Program-made: the position numbers and the translations under genes
The notes under the pieces: generated by a model
The model's database searches: none
Told to the model about the DNA's origin: nothing
What the model saw: the letters and a program-made list of their open reading frames with translations, nothing else
Shown: in pieces, positions 1 through 11,844 of the stretch
Layout of the letters: each line of letters begins with the position of its first letter
Position numbering within the stretch: the stretch's first letter is position 1
Source of the DNA: Nitrosopumilus sp.
GTDB lineage: Bacteria; Desulfobacterota; Binatia; UBA1149; SPBQ01
Length of the DNA: 64,000 bases
NCBI GenBank assembly: GCA_964225545.1
Contig: CAXQPB010000119.1
Location: 997 to 64,996, forward strand
Reading direction: 5' to 3'

Positions 1-1139
1 TCACGGGTCAGCACACCGCCCTGGATCGCGGCTCCGATCGCCACGACTTCGTCCGGATTGACGCCCTTGTTGGCTTCCTTGCCGAAGATCTTTTTCACGC
101 GCTCCTGAACGGCAGGCATACGCGTCATACCGCCGACGAGGATCACCTCGTCGATCTCCGAGGCGCTGAGCCCCGCGTCGCGCATGGCCGTCACGCACGG
201 TCCCTCGAGACGATCGAGCAGCGAGGCGCACAGGGCCTCGAGCTTGGGCCGGGTCAGCTTCATGTTCAGATGCTTCGGGCCGGTCTGATCCGCGGTGATG
301 TACGGCAGGTTGACGTCGGTCTCCTGCGCGGTGGAGAGCTCGCACTTGGCCTTCTCTGCGCCTTCCTTCAGACGCTGAAGCGCCATCTTGTCTCCGCGCA
401 GGTCGATACCCTGGTCCTTGCGGAACTCTTCGCAGAGATAATCGATGATCGCCTGATCGAAGTCCTCACCACCGAGGAAGGTGTCGCCGTTGGTCGACTT
501 GACCTCGAAAACGCCCGATCCGAGTTCCAGGACCGACACGTCGAAGGTTCCGCCACCGAGGTCGAAGACCGCGATCTTCTCGTCGCCCTTCTTGTCCAGC
601 CCGTAGGCCAGCGATGCGGCGGTCGGCTCATTGATGATTCGCAAGACGTTCAGGCCGGCAATCTCACCGGCATCCTTGGTGGCCTGCCTCTGGCTGTCGT
701 TGAAGTAGGCGGGGACCGTGATGACAGCGTCGGTGACGCTCTCGCCGAGATAATCCTCCGCAGTCTGCTTCATCTTCTGCAGGATCCAAGACGAGATCTC
801 CGCCGGGCTCCGCGACTTGTCACCGAGCTGGACGTAGGCCGCGTTGCTGTCCGCCTTGACGATCTCGTACGGCAGCACTCCGCGGGCCTTCTCGACTTCG
901 GCGTCCGTGAAGCGCCGACCGATCAGCCTCTTGACGGCGAAAATCGTGTTTTCCGGGTTGGTGACGGCCTGCCGACGGGCGATCTGCCCCACCAGCCGCT
1001 CTCCCTTGTCGTTGAGAGCGACGACCGACGGGGTCGTACGACCGCCCTCACTGTTGGCGATGACCTGGGGGCTGCCGCCTTCAAGGACGGCGACGCAGGA
1101 GTTGGTCGTACCCAGATCGATCCCGATTACTTTTCCCAT
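1..1139 (-). CDS. dnaK: Chaperone DnaK (Hsp70), 5' part; runs off the window start
   Basis: Manual translation from ATG at 1139 gives [22 protein letters not shown]...GRTTPSVV...[10 protein letters not shown]; lies downstream of grpE. Confidence 0.98.
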   Translation of the reverse strand, partial: MGKVIGIDLGTTNSCVAVLEGGSPQVIANSEGGRTTPSVVALNDKGERLVGQIARRQAVTNPENTIFAVKRLIGRRFTDAEVEKARGVLPYEIVKADSNAAYVQLGDKSRSPAEISSWILQKMKQTAEDYLGESVTDAVITVPAYFNDSQRQATKDAGEIAGLNVLRIINEPTAASLAYGLDKKGDEKIAVFDLGGGTFDVSVLELGSGVFEVKSTNGDTFLGGEDFDQAIIDYLCEEFRKDQGIDLRGDKMALQRLKEGAEKAKCELSTAQETDVNLPYITADQTGPKHLNMKLTRPKLEALCASLLDRLEGPCVTAMRDAGLSASEIDEVILVGGMTRMPAVQERVKKIFGKEANKGVNPDEVVAIGAAIQGGVLTR

Positions 1140-1265
1140 TCTGAAATCTCCGATTCGTGAAAGGCCCAAACCCCCGTGGGGACTGACCTTTTCCCAGGAT
1201 TGCCCTGAGCGTGGGCGTACTGAACTAACTAATCACGCGAGGCCGGATCGCAAGGGCGAGCGGCA

Positions 1266-1868
1266 TCATTTGTTTTCCGGCTCTTCGGCGGCCGGCGCCT
1301 TGCTGACGGCAACCATCGCGGGCCGGAGAAGGCGGTCATGAATCCGGTAGCCGGGGCGGTGCTCGTCGACGACCGTGTTCGGCTCGTGCTCGGCCGACTC
1401 GATCATCGCCACCGCATCGTGCTCTCCCGGGTCGAACGGCTGTCCGTGGGCCTCGAGGCGGCTGATCCCATGCCGCTCGAGCGCCGAAAGCAGCCCCTGA
1501 CGCACCAGGCCGACGCCCTCTGTGATACTCGACAGCTCCGCGCTCGCGCTGGCGTCGCCGCCTTGGCCGCCTTCGCTGCCTCGACCGGCGTGCTGGAGGG
1601 CCCGGTCGAGGTTATCGATCACTTCCAGCAGGTCCCTCGCCAGACCTTCAGCGGCGTAGCGGGCCCGGTCCGAGAGCTCCCGGGTGTGCCGCTTGAGGAC
1701 GTTCTGAAGCTCGGCCTGCGAGCGCAGATAGCTCTCGTTCAGCTCTTTCAGCGCGATCTCGAGGCGGGCAATACGGGCCTCCGGAGTTTCCTCCTCGGCC
1801 GCTGCTCCGGCGTCCTCAATCTCAACGGCCTCGCTCTGTTCCTGCTCTTCGTCTGGATTTTTTGTCAT
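1266..1868 (-). CDS. grpE: Nucleotide exchange factor GrpE
   Basis: YLRSQAELQN, LLEVIDNLDRAL, FDPGEHDA and GYRIHDRLLRPAMVAV motifs; adjacent to dnaK. Confidence 0.97.
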   Translation of the reverse strand: MTKNPDEEQEQSEAVEIEDAGAAAEEETPEARIARLEIALKELNESYLRSQAELQNVLKRHTRELSDRARYAAEGLARDLLEVIDNLDRALQHAGRGSEGGQGGDASASAELSSITEGVGLVRQGLLSALERHGISRLEAHGQPFDPGEHDAVAMIESAEHEPNTVVDEHRPGYRIHDRLLRPAMVAVSKAPAAEEPENK

Positions 1869-1922
1869 TGGAAAACCGTTGAAGCCGCCCCTGACCGATG
1901 GCCGGTGCTCCCCGGAAGAGCG

Positions 1923-1950
1923 TAAATAGGCACGACCCGGCGGATGTCAA
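1923..1950 (-). promoter_or_regulatory. Putative promoter of grpE-dnaK
   Basis: Minus strand reads TTGACA-16 nt-TATTTA (CCTATTTA) about 55 nt upstream of the grpE start. Confidence 0.45.
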
Positions 1951-1990
1951 CGCGGTGCAGGTTTTACGCGGAAGCTGCTAGAACCACGCC

Positions 1991-2806
1991 GTGGAGGATA
2001 TCCGCACCCGTGCCTTCGTGCTGCGCACGCGGGCTTACGGCGAATCCGACGTGATCGCCGTCCTGCTGAGCGCCGACCACGGCAAGCTCTCGGGGATCGC
2101 GCGCGGCGCGCGGCGTTCGAAACGGCGTTTCGCAGGACCGGCGCTCGAGCCGTTCCAGGAGCTCGAGGTGCGTCTGGCCCGCCGGCCGCACTCGGATCTC
2201 GCGTTCCTTCATGAATGCCAAGTACTTACGAGCCACCACACGGTGGCAACGGATATCGAGGCTTACGCCTGGGCCTCTTATCTGTGCGAGCTGACCGAAG
2301 TCATGACGCCGGAGCGCCAGGCCTGCGCAGACCTCTATCAGGTGTTTCGCGGGCTGCTCGAGCGGCTGGCCTCGGGGGCGCCCGTCGCCAACACCTCCCA
2401 CCGCTATGTGATGGCGTTGCTCGACTGGGCTGGCTGGGGACCGGACTTTTCGCGGTGCTCGATGTGTGACGAAACCCTCGAGGCCGACAGCCGCCCGATT
2501 GTGGATCCTCGCGGCAGCGGTCTGATGTGCGCGCGACACGAGGCGGAGGCCTCCGGCACCGATCCCGATGATCCCGACTTCGCTCCGAGCCGTCGCGTGG
2601 TCGACGGCGAGCTGCTCGAGTATGTGTGCTGCCTGCGAGCACCCGTCGAGGCGTCGACGTCCGGTGCCGGCACCGAGCCGCCGCTCGCGGCGACCGCGCT
2701 CCTCCACCGACTCGTTGACGTCCACCTGCACAGACCCTTGAAATCACGCGCGTTTCTCGCGTCGATCATGGCAAGCCCGGTTGAACCCAAAACCCCCACG
2801 GGGTAG
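1991..2806 (+). CDS. recO: DNA repair protein RecO
   Basis: [13 protein letters not shown]...[17 protein letters not shown]; Zn-finger CSMC...C..H; recO-gly-ppdK synteny. Confidence 0.95.
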   Translation: MEDIRTRAFVLRTRAYGESDVIAVLLSADHGKLSGIARGARRSKRRFAGPALEPFQELEVRLARRPHSDLAFLHECQVLTSHHTVATDIEAYAWASYLCELTEVMTPERQACADLYQVFRGLLERLASGAPVANTSHRYVMALLDWAGWGPDFSRCSMCDETLEADSRPIVDPRGSGLMCARHEAEASGTDPDDPDFAPSRRVVDGELLEYVCCLRAPVEASTSGAGTEPPLAATALLHRLVDVHLHRPLKSRAFLASIMASPVEPKTPTG

Positions 2807-2862
2807 GCAGGACCGCTTCCTCCTTCCCCGAACCGCAACAGCAGCGAGCGAGAAGTAAAGGC

Positions 2863-4257
2863 ATGGCCAGCAACGAAAACGCCGTCACCACCGCATCGGG
2901 TGCGACCGTCACGATGGAGAAGATCGTCAACCTCTCCAAGCGAAGAGGTTTCGTCTTCCCGTCTTCAGAGATCTACGGCGGTCTGGGGAGCTGCTGGGAC
3001 TACGGCCCGCTCGGGGTCGAGCTGAAGCGTAACGTAAAGGAAGCCTGGTGGCGTGACGTGGTGACGTCCCGTCCGGACATCGTCGGGCTCGACTGCGCGA
3101 TCATGATGCACCCCGAGGTCTGGGTGGCTTCAGGCCACGTCTCGAACTTCACCGACCCGATGGTCGACTGCAAGAAGTGCAAAGGCCGTTTCCGTGCCGA
3201 TCAGCTCGAGATGGCGAGATGTCCCGAGAAACCGAGCAAGCGTCCTGGCGAATGCGGCGGCGAGCTGACCGATGCCCGGCAGTTCAACCTGATGTTCAAG
3301 ACGCACATGGGACCGGTCGAGGACACCGCAGCCCAGGTCTACCTGCGACCGGAGACGGCCCAGGGGATCTTCGTCAACTTTATCAACGTGGTGAACAGCG
3401 CGCGGATGCGCCCGCCGTTCGGTATCGGTCAGATCGGCAAGTCGTTCCGAAACGAGATCACACCGGGCAACTTCCTTTTCCGGACGCGTGAGTTCGAGCA
3501 GATGGAGCTCGAGTTCTTCGTCAAACCGGGCGAGGACGAGGCGTGGTTCCAGTACTGGCGTGAGACGCGGATGTCCTGGTACACGCGCTATGGCATCCGG
3601 CCCGAGCGGCTTCGAATGCGCGACCACGCGTCCGACGAGCTGGCGCACTACGCCAAAGGCTGCGCCGATGTCGAGTACCAGTTCCCGATCGGCTGGCAGG
3701 AGCTCGAGGGCATCGCCAACCGCACGGATTTCGACCTCAAGTCGCACACCGACGCGTCGGGCAAGAGCCTCACGTTCTTCGACGATCAGAGCAAGGAGCG
3801 TTACACCCCGTATGTGATCGAGCCGTCGGCAGGCGCAGACCGCTCGACGCTCGCCTTCCTTGTCGATGCCTACGATGAAGACGAGATCGACGGTGAGCAG
3901 CGGGCAGTGCTCCGGCTGCATCCGTCACTCGCCCCGGTCAAGGTCGCCGTGTTCCCGCTGATGCGCAAGGCCGGGCTGCCGGAGAAAGCGCAGTCGATCG
4001 TCGAGACGCTGCGTCCGTTCTGCGCCGTGACCTACGACCAGGCCGGCGCGATCGGGCGCCGGTACAGGCGCCAGGACGAGGTCGGCACACCGCTCGGCGT
4101 GACCGTGGACTACCAGAGCATGGACGACGACACGGTGACGGTGCGCGACCGCGATACGACGCAGCAGCAGCGCGTCGCGCGCGCCGATCTGCTCCCGATG
4201 GTGCTCGAGCGAATCGCGCCCCCCCGTTCGGATCGACCGCTCACGCCGGTCGCCTGA
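2863..4257 (+). CDS. glyQS: Glycine--tRNA ligase, homodimeric alpha2 type
   Basis: [50 protein letters not shown]; C-terminal [14 protein letters not shown] anticodon-binding domain. Confidence 0.97.
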   Translation: MASNENAVTTASGATVTMEKIVNLSKRRGFVFPSSEIYGGLGSCWDYGPLGVELKRNVKEAWWRDVVTSRPDIVGLDCAIMMHPEVWVASGHVSNFTDPMVDCKKCKGRFRADQLEMARCPEKPSKRPGECGGELTDARQFNLMFKTHMGPVEDTAAQVYLRPETAQGIFVNFINVVNSARMRPPFGIGQIGKSFRNEITPGNFLFRTREFEQMELEFFVKPGEDEAWFQYWRETRMSWYTRYGIRPERLRMRDHASDELAHYAKGCADVEYQFPIGWQELEGIANRTDFDLKSHTDASGKSLTFFDDQSKERYTPYVIEPSAGADRSTLAFLVDAYDEDEIDGEQRAVLRLHPSLAPVKVAVFPLMRKAGLPEKAQSIVETLRPFCAVTYDQAGAIGRRYRRQDEVGTPLGVTVDYQSMDDDTVTVRDRDTTQQQRVARADLLPMVLERIAPPRSDRPLTPVA

Positions 4258-4353
4258 GGTCGGCGGGCACGGCAAAACAGGTCTCCGGCGCGAGCGGCGG
4301 TCACAGGCCGTATCCGTTCGCCGCAGAAGCGAGACGAAGGAGACCGCCCGCCG

Positions 4354-7134
4354 ATGGCAACCAGGAAGAAGACTTCAGGTCGCGCAGCGTCCACCAACCG
4401 GAAGAAGAAAGCGGGGCGTACGAGCGACCCGATGGTTTATTTCTTCGGCGGAGGCTCCGCCGAGGGCAGCGCCGGAATGCGCGAACTTCTCGGCGGCAAG
4501 GGCGCCAATCTCGCCGAGATGGCCGGGCTGGGCTTGCCGGTACCGCCGGGCTTCACCATCACGACGCGGGTCTGCAATGCATACGACAGCGTCAGGGACT
4601 CGTATCCTGCAGGCCTGGCTGCCGAGGTCGATGGGGCGATGGCGAAGCTCGAGAAGACCATGGACAAGCGGTTCGGCGATGCGACCAATCCGCTGCTGGT
4701 CTCCGTCCGCTCAGGCGCACCGGCATCGATGCCGGGCATGATGGACACCGTCCTCAACCTCGGCCTCAACGACGAGACGGTGCAGGGACTCGCCGAGGCC
4801 AGCGGAAACGCGCGCTTCGCCTGGGACAGCTACCGCCGCTTCATCCAGATGTACGGCGATGTCGTGATGGACCTCAAGCCGGAGTCTTCGCGGGAAGTGG
4901 ATCCTTTCGAGGCGCTGATCGAAGCGAAGAAGAAGAAACTCGGTGTCGAGCTCGACACCGAGCTCACCACCGTCCACCTCCAGGAGCTTGTGAGCGAGTT
5001 CAAGGCGCTGGTTCGGAAACGCTGCCGACGGCCCTTCCCCACCGATCCGAGGGAACAGCTCTGGGGAGCGATCGGCGCGGTCTTCCGATCGTGGATGAAC
5101 GAGCGCGCGATCGTGTATCGCAAGCTCAACAACATCCCCGCGCACTGGGGAACCGCCGTCAACGTTCAGGCGATGGTGTTCGGCAACATGGGCACCACCA
5201 GCGCCACCGGCGTGGCGTTCACGCGCAACCCGTCGAGCGGCGAAAACCGGTTCTTCGGGGAGTTCCTGATCAACGCACAGGGCGAGGATGTCGTCGCCGG
5301 CACGCGAACGCCGCAGCAGATCACGCGAGAGGCCTCGCGCCTGTGGGCGCGTGAGAACGGCGTCGCCGAGGGCACGCGCGTCCGCGATTACCCGTCACTC
5401 GAAGAGGTCATGCCGGACTGTTTCAAACAGCTGCTCGGCGTCGCGAGCCGGCTCGAGAATCACTACCGCGACATGCAGGATCTCGAGTTCACGATCGAGC
5501 GCGACCGTCTGTGGATGCTGCAGACCCGCAGCGGCAAGCGAACCGCCGCGGCGGCCGTGCGCATCGCCGTCGAGATGGTCCGCGAGCGCAAGATCAAACA
5601 GACCGAGGCGGTCCTGCGCGTCGACCCCGATCAGATCGATCAGCTGCTGCACCCGACGATCGATCCGAAAGCGAAAAAGACCTCGTTGGCTCGCGGTCTC
5701 GGGGCATCGCCGGGCGCCGCGGCAGGGGTCGTGGTGTTTTCGGCCGAGGATGCTGTCGCTACCCACGAAGCCGGCCGGGCCGCAATTCTTGTACGCATCG
5801 AGACCTCTCCGGAGGACATCTCCGGCATGGTCGCGGCGAGGGGCATTCTGACCGCTCGCGGCGGCCGCACCTCGCACGCGGCGGTGGTCGCACGCGGCAT
5901 GGGCAAGCCCTGCGTCGTCGGCTGCGAGCAGCTCAAGGTCGACTACGAGACAGAGAGACTGACCGCCGGTGATCGGGTCATTCGTCGCGGCGATTGGATC
6001 ACGCTCGACGGGGCGAGCGGCGAGGTCTACGTCGGCGAAGTTCCGACTGTCGAGACCCGGCTGTCGAAGGACTTCGAGATCCTGATGGGCTGGGCGGACA
6101 AACAGCGCCGACTGCGGATCCGGACCAACGCCGATACCCCGGCGGACGCGAAGATCGCACGCGGCTTCGGGGCCGAGGGAATCGGGCTGTGCCGCACCGA
6201 GCACATGTTCTTCGAGGAGGATCGCATCGACGCCGTACGCGAGATGATCCTCGCCGAGGACGCGAAGGGCAGACAGAAGGCGCTGGCGAAACTGCTGCCG
6301 TACCAGCGCCGCGATTTCGTCGGGATCTTCAAGGCCATGGACGGCCTGCCTGTAACGGTGCGCCTGCTCGACCCGCCGCTGCACGAGTTCCTGCCGCATA
6401 CCGACGCCGAGTACGACGCACTCGCGCGCAAGACCGATCTCGATCCGAAACGATTACGCGCCGCAGGCGCGGCGCTGCACGAGTTCAATCCGATGCTCGG
6501 CCACCGCGGATGCCGGCTCGCGATCACCTATCCCGAGATCTACCGGATGCAGACCCGTGCGATCATCGAGGCAGCGATTCAGGTCGCCGCACGCGGCATC
6601 AAGGTCGAGCCGGAGATCATGATCCCGCTGGTCGCCCACGCGGATGAGCTCAGGCGCCTGCGTGCCGATGTCGAGGACACCGCGCGTGAGGTGTTCGAGC
6701 GCAAGAAGACGAAGATCAAATACAAAGTGGGCACCATGATCGAGGTTCCGCGAGCTGCGCTGACAGCCGATCGCGTCGCAGAGCACGCCGATTTCTTCTC
6801 GTTCGGCACCAACGACCTCACGCAGATGGGCTACGGGCTCTCCCGCGACGATTCGGGACGCTTTCTGCCGGTTTACGTTGAACGTGGCGTGCTTGACGAC
6901 GACCCGTTCGCGACGCTCGACACCGAAGGTGTCGGTCGACTGATGGAGATCGCGGCCGAGGGCGGTCGCCGAACCAGCCCGGGGATCAAGCTGGGAATCT
7001 GCGGCGAACATGGCGGAGATCCGCGCTCGATCGGCTTCTGCGAGACGCTCGAACTCGACTATGTATCGTGCTCGCCATATCGGGTTCCGGTAGCCCGGCT
7101 GGCGGCCGCGCATGCTGCGCTCCGGCGGTCGTAG
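4354..7134 (+). CDS. ppdK: Pyruvate, phosphate dikinase
   Basis: [34 protein letters not shown] (phospho-His), [20 protein letters not shown]; 926 aa. Confidence 0.98.
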   Translation: MATRKKTSGRAASTNRKKKAGRTSDPMVYFFGGGSAEGSAGMRELLGGKGANLAEMAGLGLPVPPGFTITTRVCNAYDSVRDSYPAGLAAEVDGAMAKLEKTMDKRFGDATNPLLVSVRSGAPASMPGMMDTVLNLGLNDETVQGLAEASGNARFAWDSYRRFIQMYGDVVMDLKPESSREVDPFEALIEAKKKKLGVELDTELTTVHLQELVSEFKALVRKRCRRPFPTDPREQLWGAIGAVFRSWMNERAIVYRKLNNIPAHWGTAVNVQAMVFGNMGTTSATGVAFTRNPSSGENRFFGEFLINAQGEDVVAGTRTPQQITREASRLWARENGVAEGTRVRDYPSLEEVMPDCFKQLLGVASRLENHYRDMQDLEFTIERDRLWMLQTRSGKRTAAAAVRIAVEMVRERKIKQTEAVLRVDPDQIDQLLHPTIDPKAKKTSLARGLGASPGAAAGVVVFSAEDAVATHEAGRAAILVRIETSPEDISGMVAARGILTARGGRTSHAAVVARGMGKPCVVGCEQLKVDYETERLTAGDRVIRRGDWITLDGASGEVYVGEVPTVETRLSKDFEILMGWADKQRRLRIRTNADTPADAKIARGFGAEGIGLCRTEHMFFEEDRIDAVREMILAEDAKGRQKALAKLLPYQRRDFVGIFKAMDGLPVTVRLLDPPLHEFLPHTDAEYDALARKTDLDPKRLRAAGAALHEFNPMLGHRGCRLAITYPEIYRMQTRAIIEAAIQVAARGIKVEPEIMIPLVAHADELRRLRADVEDTAREVFERKKTKIKYKVGTMIEVPRAALTADRVAEHADFFSFGTNDLTQMGYGLSRDDSGRFLPVYVERGVLDDDPFATLDTEGVGRLMEIAAEGGRRTSPGIKLGICGEHGGDPRSIGFCETLELDYVSCSPYRVPVARLAAAHAALRRS

Positions 7135-7231
7135 ACGTCGGTAATTCGGACCCGGCAGCAGACCCGGTCAGGGCACGCAGCGCTCACGCGAGCCACTGGA
7201 ACGGAGGCGCCCCGACGGCGAGCCGCTCGAG

Positions 7232-8092
7232 ATGGGAAAGATCGAAGGAACCACACGGGTCGTCGGAATCTTCGGCGATCCGGTCGACCACAGCCTGAGC
7301 CCGCGGATGCACAACGCCGCGTACGAGGCGCTCGGTCTCGATTACGTGTATGTGCCGCTGCGACCGCGTGCAGCGACGATCGGCGCCGCGGTAGCCGCCA
7401 TCCGTGACCTCGGCCTTGTCGGCGCCAACGTCACCGTACCCTTCAAGCAGGATGTGATTCCGCACCTCGACCACGTCACCGATCAGGCGCGAGCGGTCGG
7501 CGCGGTCAATACGATTGTCGCGGGCGACACCGGCGAGCTTTCAGGATCGAACACCGATGTGGAGGGGTTCATCGGCGCGCTGCGGGCGCATGGCGTGGAG
7601 CTGTCCGGGAAGCGTGCCCTGCTGATCGGCGCCGGCGGCGCGGCGCGAGCGGTCGTGCAGGCGCTGCTCGACGCACGCGCTGAGGACATCACCATCGCCA
7701 ACCGGACAGAGGCACGCGCTGAATCCCTCGCCGAGGATTTCGGCAGCCGCGGGGACGCCGCGGGCAGATTTCATACGCGCGGCCTCGACGCCCTCGCCGA
7801 CGACGCACTGCTCGGCGACCGCGACGTCGTCATCAACTCGACGAGCGTAGGCCTCGACGGCGATTCTTTCGACGCCTATCGCATCGCGGCCACGCGTGCG
7901 GAGTGTGTTCACTTCGATATCGCCTACGCGGCGGGCGCGACGCCGTTCGTGCGCGCTGCCGAGGCGGCCGGGAGAGCCGCCATCGACGGTCGCCATATGC
8001 TGCTCTACCAGGGCACCGCTGCGTTCGAGTTGTTCACCGGAACCGAAGCCCCGGTCGCGGTCATGGCCGCCGCCCTGGGGATTCCAGGCTGA
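7232..8092 (+). CDS. aroE: Shikimate dehydrogenase
   Basis: GDPVDHSLSPRMHN, GANVTVPFK, GAVNT, NTDVEG and IGAGGAA motifs. Confidence 0.96.
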   Translation: MGKIEGTTRVVGIFGDPVDHSLSPRMHNAAYEALGLDYVYVPLRPRAATIGAAVAAIRDLGLVGANVTVPFKQDVIPHLDHVTDQARAVGAVNTIVAGDTGELSGSNTDVEGFIGALRAHGVELSGKRALLIGAGGAARAVVQALLDARAEDITIANRTEARAESLAEDFGSRGDAAGRFHTRGLDALADDALLGDRDVVINSTSVGLDGDSFDAYRIAATRAECVHFDIAYAAGATPFVRAAEAAGRAAIDGRHMLLYQGTAAFELFTGTEAPVAVMAAALGIPG

Positions 8093-8129
8093 AGCGGCGC
8101 CGAAGCCGCGGCAAGGAGCGAATCCAATC

Positions 8130-8579
8130 ATGGCGGGCACCGGTTCGTGCATCTTCTGCGATATCGTCGCCGGCAACTCGGAGGCGAGCGTTGTCTACCG
8201 TGACAACCTCGTCACCGCCTTCATGGACATACGGCCGGTCAACAGCGGGCATACTCTGGTCATACCGAACAGCCACTCCACCGGGCTGGAGAAGATCGAC
8301 GAGCCGACCGGCGGCAGAATGTTCTCGATCGCGTGCCGGATCTCCGAGGCGATGCCATCGGCCGGCATCAAAAGAGAGGGCCTGAACCTTTTCCTCGCCG
8401 ATGGCGTCATCGCGGGGCAGACGGTCTTTCACGCCCACCTCCACGTCCTGCCGCGGCACATCGGCGACCCGTTCGCGATCGATATCGAACGCCTCGAACG
8501 CGGCATCCCGTCGCGCACCGAGCTCGACAATCAGGCCCGTGTCCTTGCCGGGATGCTGGCGCGGACACGCAGACGCTGA
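8130..8579 (+). CDS. HIT-family nucleotide hydrolase
   Basis: CIFCDI N-terminus, GHTLVIP, AGQTVFHAHLHVLPR histidine triad; ATG 8130 follows AAGGAG. Confidence 0.93.
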   Translation: MAGTGSCIFCDIVAGNSEASVVYRDNLVTAFMDIRPVNSGHTLVIPNSHSTGLEKIDEPTGGRMFSIACRISEAMPSAGIKREGLNLFLADGVIAGQTVFHAHLHVLPRHIGDPFAIDIERLERGIPSRTELDNQARVLAGMLARTRRR

Positions 8580-8588
8580 CGGGCACGA

Positions 8589-9572
8589 TCAGACCTCGAG
8601 TACGATTTTCCCGAAGTTCGCGTTCGTCTCCATATACGCATGCGCTTTCGCGACGTCGGCCAGCGCAAAGACGCGATCCACCACCGGCTCGATCCTTCCC
8701 GAAGCGATGTGGGGGATAACCGATCGCTCGAACGCCCGAGTCGCCGCGGCCTTCTGTTCGAGCGGACGCGGACGCAAAAGCGTCCCCATGATGCTCGCAC
8801 GCCTTGCGAGCAGCAGCGCCAGGTTCAGCTCGGCCGCGATGCCACCGAGCATTCCGATCACGATGATTCGCCCGCACTCGGCGACCGACTTGAGGTTACG
8901 GTCGAGATAGGACGCACCGATGAAATCGACGATGACATCCGCGCCGCGGCCGCCTGTCGCCTCCATGACCTCAACAGAGAAATCTTTTTTCGTGTAGTCG
9001 ATCCCCACCTCGAGCCCGAGCCGGGCCGCAGCCGCGAGCTTTGCATCCGAGCCCGCCGTCCCGATCACGGGGGTCGCGCCGAGCGTGCGGGCGACCTGAA
9101 TCGCCGCGATACCGACGCCGGACCCGGCGGCGTGAACGAGCACCGACTCCCCCGCACGAAGATCGCACTGCACGAGGGCGTCGTGGGCGGTGATATAGGC
9201 CTCGGGGATCGAGGCGGCCTCGGTATACGAGAGTCGGTCGGGGATGCGCACCACGCACCGGTGGTGCGTCACGACTTTCTCCGCGTACGACGCCCCGACC
9301 AGAACTCCCATCACGCGATCGCCGGGTGCGTACCCCTCGACCCGAGAGCCGGCCTCGATCACCTCGCCGGCGAACTCGAGGCCGGGCACTTCGTGATCGG
9401 CGGCCGGACCCGGCTGCGGATACAAACCCCGGCGTTGCAGCAGATCGCCGCGATTGAGCGCGGTCGCGCGCACCGCGATCAGCAGATCTTCGGGGCCGGC
9501 GACGGGATCGGGAATCTCGCTCATGCGGAGAACCTCGGGGCCTCCGTACTCCGTAATGACAACAGCTTTCAT
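8589..9572 (-). CDS. NAD(P)H:quinone oxidoreductase (zeta-crystallin/PIG3, MDR family)
   Basis: ALNRGDLLQRRGLYP, PGLEFAG, VLVHAAGSGVG, C-terminal GKIVL. Confidence 0.92.
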   Translation of the reverse strand: MKAVVITEYGGPEVLRMSEIPDPVAGPEDLLIAVRATALNRGDLLQRRGLYPQPGPAADHEVPGLEFAGEVIEAGSRVEGYAPGDRVMGVLVGASYAEKVVTHHRCVVRIPDRLSYTEAASIPEAYITAHDALVQCDLRAGESVLVHAAGSGVGIAAIQVARTLGATPVIGTAGSDAKLAAAARLGLEVGIDYTKKDFSVEVMEATGGRGADVIVDFIGASYLDRNLKSVAECGRIIVIGMLGGIAAELNLALLLARRASIMGTLLRPRPLEQKAAATRAFERSVIPHIASGRIEPVVDRVFALADVAKAHAYMETNANFGKIVLEV

Positions 9573-9576
9573 TCAA

Positions 9577-10458
9577 TCACCCCAGCTTTGCGGCGGCCGC
9601 CACCACGTCGACCGCGAGCCGGTCAATCGACGCGGCGAGGTCTTCGGTCGACATCGCCGGAACGAAAACGATGACCTGGTCGACGCCGGCCTCGTGGTAG
9701 CGCTCGAGCAGCTCGACATCGGTCGGCCGAAGATACGGACAGACGCTCACCTTGATCTCATCGATTGAGCGGCCGCGCTCATCGAGCAGCCCGCGAAGGA
9801 CCTCGAGCCGCTCGGCGGTCTCTTCCGGCCCGATGTTGTAGCCGTACCACCCGGCCCCCAGATCGGCGACGCGTTTCAGAGCGGCGTTACTCTCACCACC
9901 GAAATGGATGGGCGGTCCAGGGCTCTGCACCGGCTTCGGGTAGTGGCGGCAAGGCCGAAGCGAGTAGAACTCGCCATCGTGCTGTGAGACCGGATCTTCC
10001 CAGAGCGTGCGCATGACCTCGATGTATTCCCGGCAGCGCGCCGCGCGACGCTCGAAGGGCACATTACAGACTTCGAATTCCTCTCTCAGCCAGCCGATCC
10101 CGAGCCCGAGATCGAGCCGCCCGTTCGACATCCAGTCAACGGTCGCGGCCTCTTTCGCCATGTAGACCGGGTTGCGCTGGGGCGCGAGCACGATGCCGGT
10201 GCCGAGGCGTACCCGCTCCGTGCATGCGGCCAGAAACGACAGCGCTGTAAACGGCTCGAGGATGCCTCTCTCTCCGCTGAGCGGGAATTTGCCGTCCTCG
10301 GCGTACGGATACTGCGAATCGGGTGAATCGAACAGCACGACGTGTTCGGCGACCCAGATCGAATCCACACCCGCCTCCTCACACGACCGAGCCGCCGTCC
10401 GTATGAACTCCGGGGTCGCGATCGGGTTGGCCAGCGGCAGAAATACTCCGACTTCCAT
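9577..10458 (-). CDS. LLM-class (luciferase-like), probably F420-dependent oxidoreductase
   Basis: SIWVAEHVV, EPFTALSFLAACTERVRLGTGI, GRLDLGLGIGWLREEF, PKPVQSPGPPIHFGG; start trimmed to ATG 10458. Confidence 0.88.
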   Translation of the reverse strand: MEVGVFLPLANPIATPEFIRTAARSCEEAGVDSIWVAEHVVLFDSPDSQYPYAEDGKFPLSGERGILEPFTALSFLAACTERVRLGTGIVLAPQRNPVYMAKEAATVDWMSNGRLDLGLGIGWLREEFEVCNVPFERRAARCREYIEVMRTLWEDPVSQHDGEFYSLRPCRHYPKPVQSPGPPIHFGGESNAALKRVADLGAGWYGYNIGPEETAERLEVLRGLLDERGRSIDEIKVSVCPYLRPTDVELLERYHEAGVDQVIVFVPAMSTEDLAASIDRLAVDVVAAAAKLG

Positions 10459-10668
10459 GGGCTTTCCGGTCCTCCCTGTCCTCGCACCGGTTCCGGTGTT
10501 GCCGAACGCCGAAGGCTGCTGGAGCACGAACCGCAATCGTTGAAGGTGGGGGCTCCGGCACGCAGAGGAGCGTTACTATGCAGCCGTGCTCGATCCACGT
10601 AAAGCCACCCGCGCTTCATGATTGATCGTGGATTGAGCAACGCGACGGAAGCAGGCCAGTCTCGCGCG

Positions 10669-11844
10669 ATGAATTTCACACACAGTGATGCGCGAGCGTT
10701 GCCGACCGCCGCGGATGGCCCGACACGGTCGGCAACATCCGCGGCGGTCCGAATCCTCGATCGCTACCTGCGCAGCGCCATCGAAAGCCGCGCATCGGAT
10801 ATTCATCTCGAACCCTGCGGCCGCAGGCTGCGCGTTCGGATGCGCATTGACGGCTGCCTGTGTGAGATCCCACCCCCTCCACCGGCGCTGACCGCATCTC
10901 TGCTCACGCGCGTACGACTGCTCGCACGGGTCGACCTGGCAGAGCGGCGCGCGCCCCGGGATGGCCGGTTTGAAGCGGTCGTCGCCGGCAGGCGCGTCGA
11001 TATCCGAGCGGCTTTCGTCCCGGTCTACGGCGGTGAGAAGGTCACGCTTCGGCTGCTCGGCGGAGACTCAGGGCCGGTTCACCTCGACGATCTCGGGCTT
11101 GCCCGCGACGATCATGAGTCGCTCGTCGCCGAGCTCGACCGGCCCGGCGCGATGATCATCGTCACCGGGCCTACCGGCAGCGGGAAGACGACCACGCTGT
11201 ACGCCGCGCTCGCCCATCTTGCGCATCCGCAGCTTTCCCTCATCACCGTCGAGGATCCCGTCGAACGTGACCTCGACGGGATCAGCCAGATCGCGGTCGA
11301 CGCCGACGCGGGCCGCGGCTTCGCAGAGTCGCTCCGTGCGCTGCTGCGTCACGATCCGGATGTCGTCATGATCGGGGAGATCCGGGATCCGACGAGCGCC
11401 GCCATCGCCTGTCGCGCAGCGCTGACCGGTCATCGGCTCCTGACCACGCTCCACACTTCGAGCGCCGGTGAGGCACTGGTCCGCCTCGCCGATCTCGGCG
11501 TCGCCCGATATCTCGTCAACGCGACGGTAACGCTCGTCATAGCCCAGCGGCTGGTCAGACGTTTGTGCGAGCAGTGTGCCCGCGGCGACAAGCCGGGCGA
11601 GCCCGAGCGAGCCACATTCCGCAGCTTCGGGCTCGAGGTTCCCGAGCAGATTTCGTTTCCGGTCGGCTGTCCTCACTGCAACGGCTCCGGATATCGGTCG
11701 CGCGTCGCGGTGTTCGAGTTCCTGTCGCCACGCGACTGCGCGAACCCGAGCGCGACGCGAACGTTGACAGCGACGGCTCTCGCGCTCGCGGCGCGCGGGG
11801 TCACATCGGTCGCCGAGGTTCTCGCGACATGTCCGCGCGCATAA
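10669..11844 (+). CDS. GspE/PilB/ComGA-family assembly ATPase, short form without the large N-terminal domain
   Basis: ASDIHLEP, Walker A GPTGSGKTTTLY, TVEDPVE, LRHDPDVVMIGEIRD, TGH..TTLH, tetracysteine CEQC/CPHC. Confidence 0.93.
   Translation: MNFTHSDARALPTAADGPTRSATSAAVRILDRYLRSAIESRASDIHLEPCGRRLRVRMRIDGCLCEIPPPPPALTASLLTRVRLLARVDLAERRAPRDGRFEAVVAGRRVDIRAAFVPVYGGEKVTLRLLGGDSGPVHLDDLGLARDDHESLVAELDRPGAMIIVTGPTGSGKTTTLYAALAHLAHPQLSLITVEDPVERDLDGISQIAVDADAGRGFAESLRALLRHDPDVVMIGEIRDPTSAAIACRAALTGHRLLTTLHTSSAGEALVRLADLGVARYLVNATVTLVIAQRLVRRLCEQCARGDKPGEPERATFRSFGLEVPEQISFPVGCPHCNGSGYRSRVAVFEFLSPRDCANPSATRTLTATALALAARGVTSVAEVLATCPRA

Noticed and set aside
270-1160. 296-aa plus-strand ORF
   Set aside because: Antisense shadow of dnaK, a well-known artefact of hsp70 codon usage in GC-rich genomes.
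1140-1990. CIRCE element near grpE/dnaK
   Set aside because: No TTAGCACTC-N9-GAGTGCTAA inverted repeat found.
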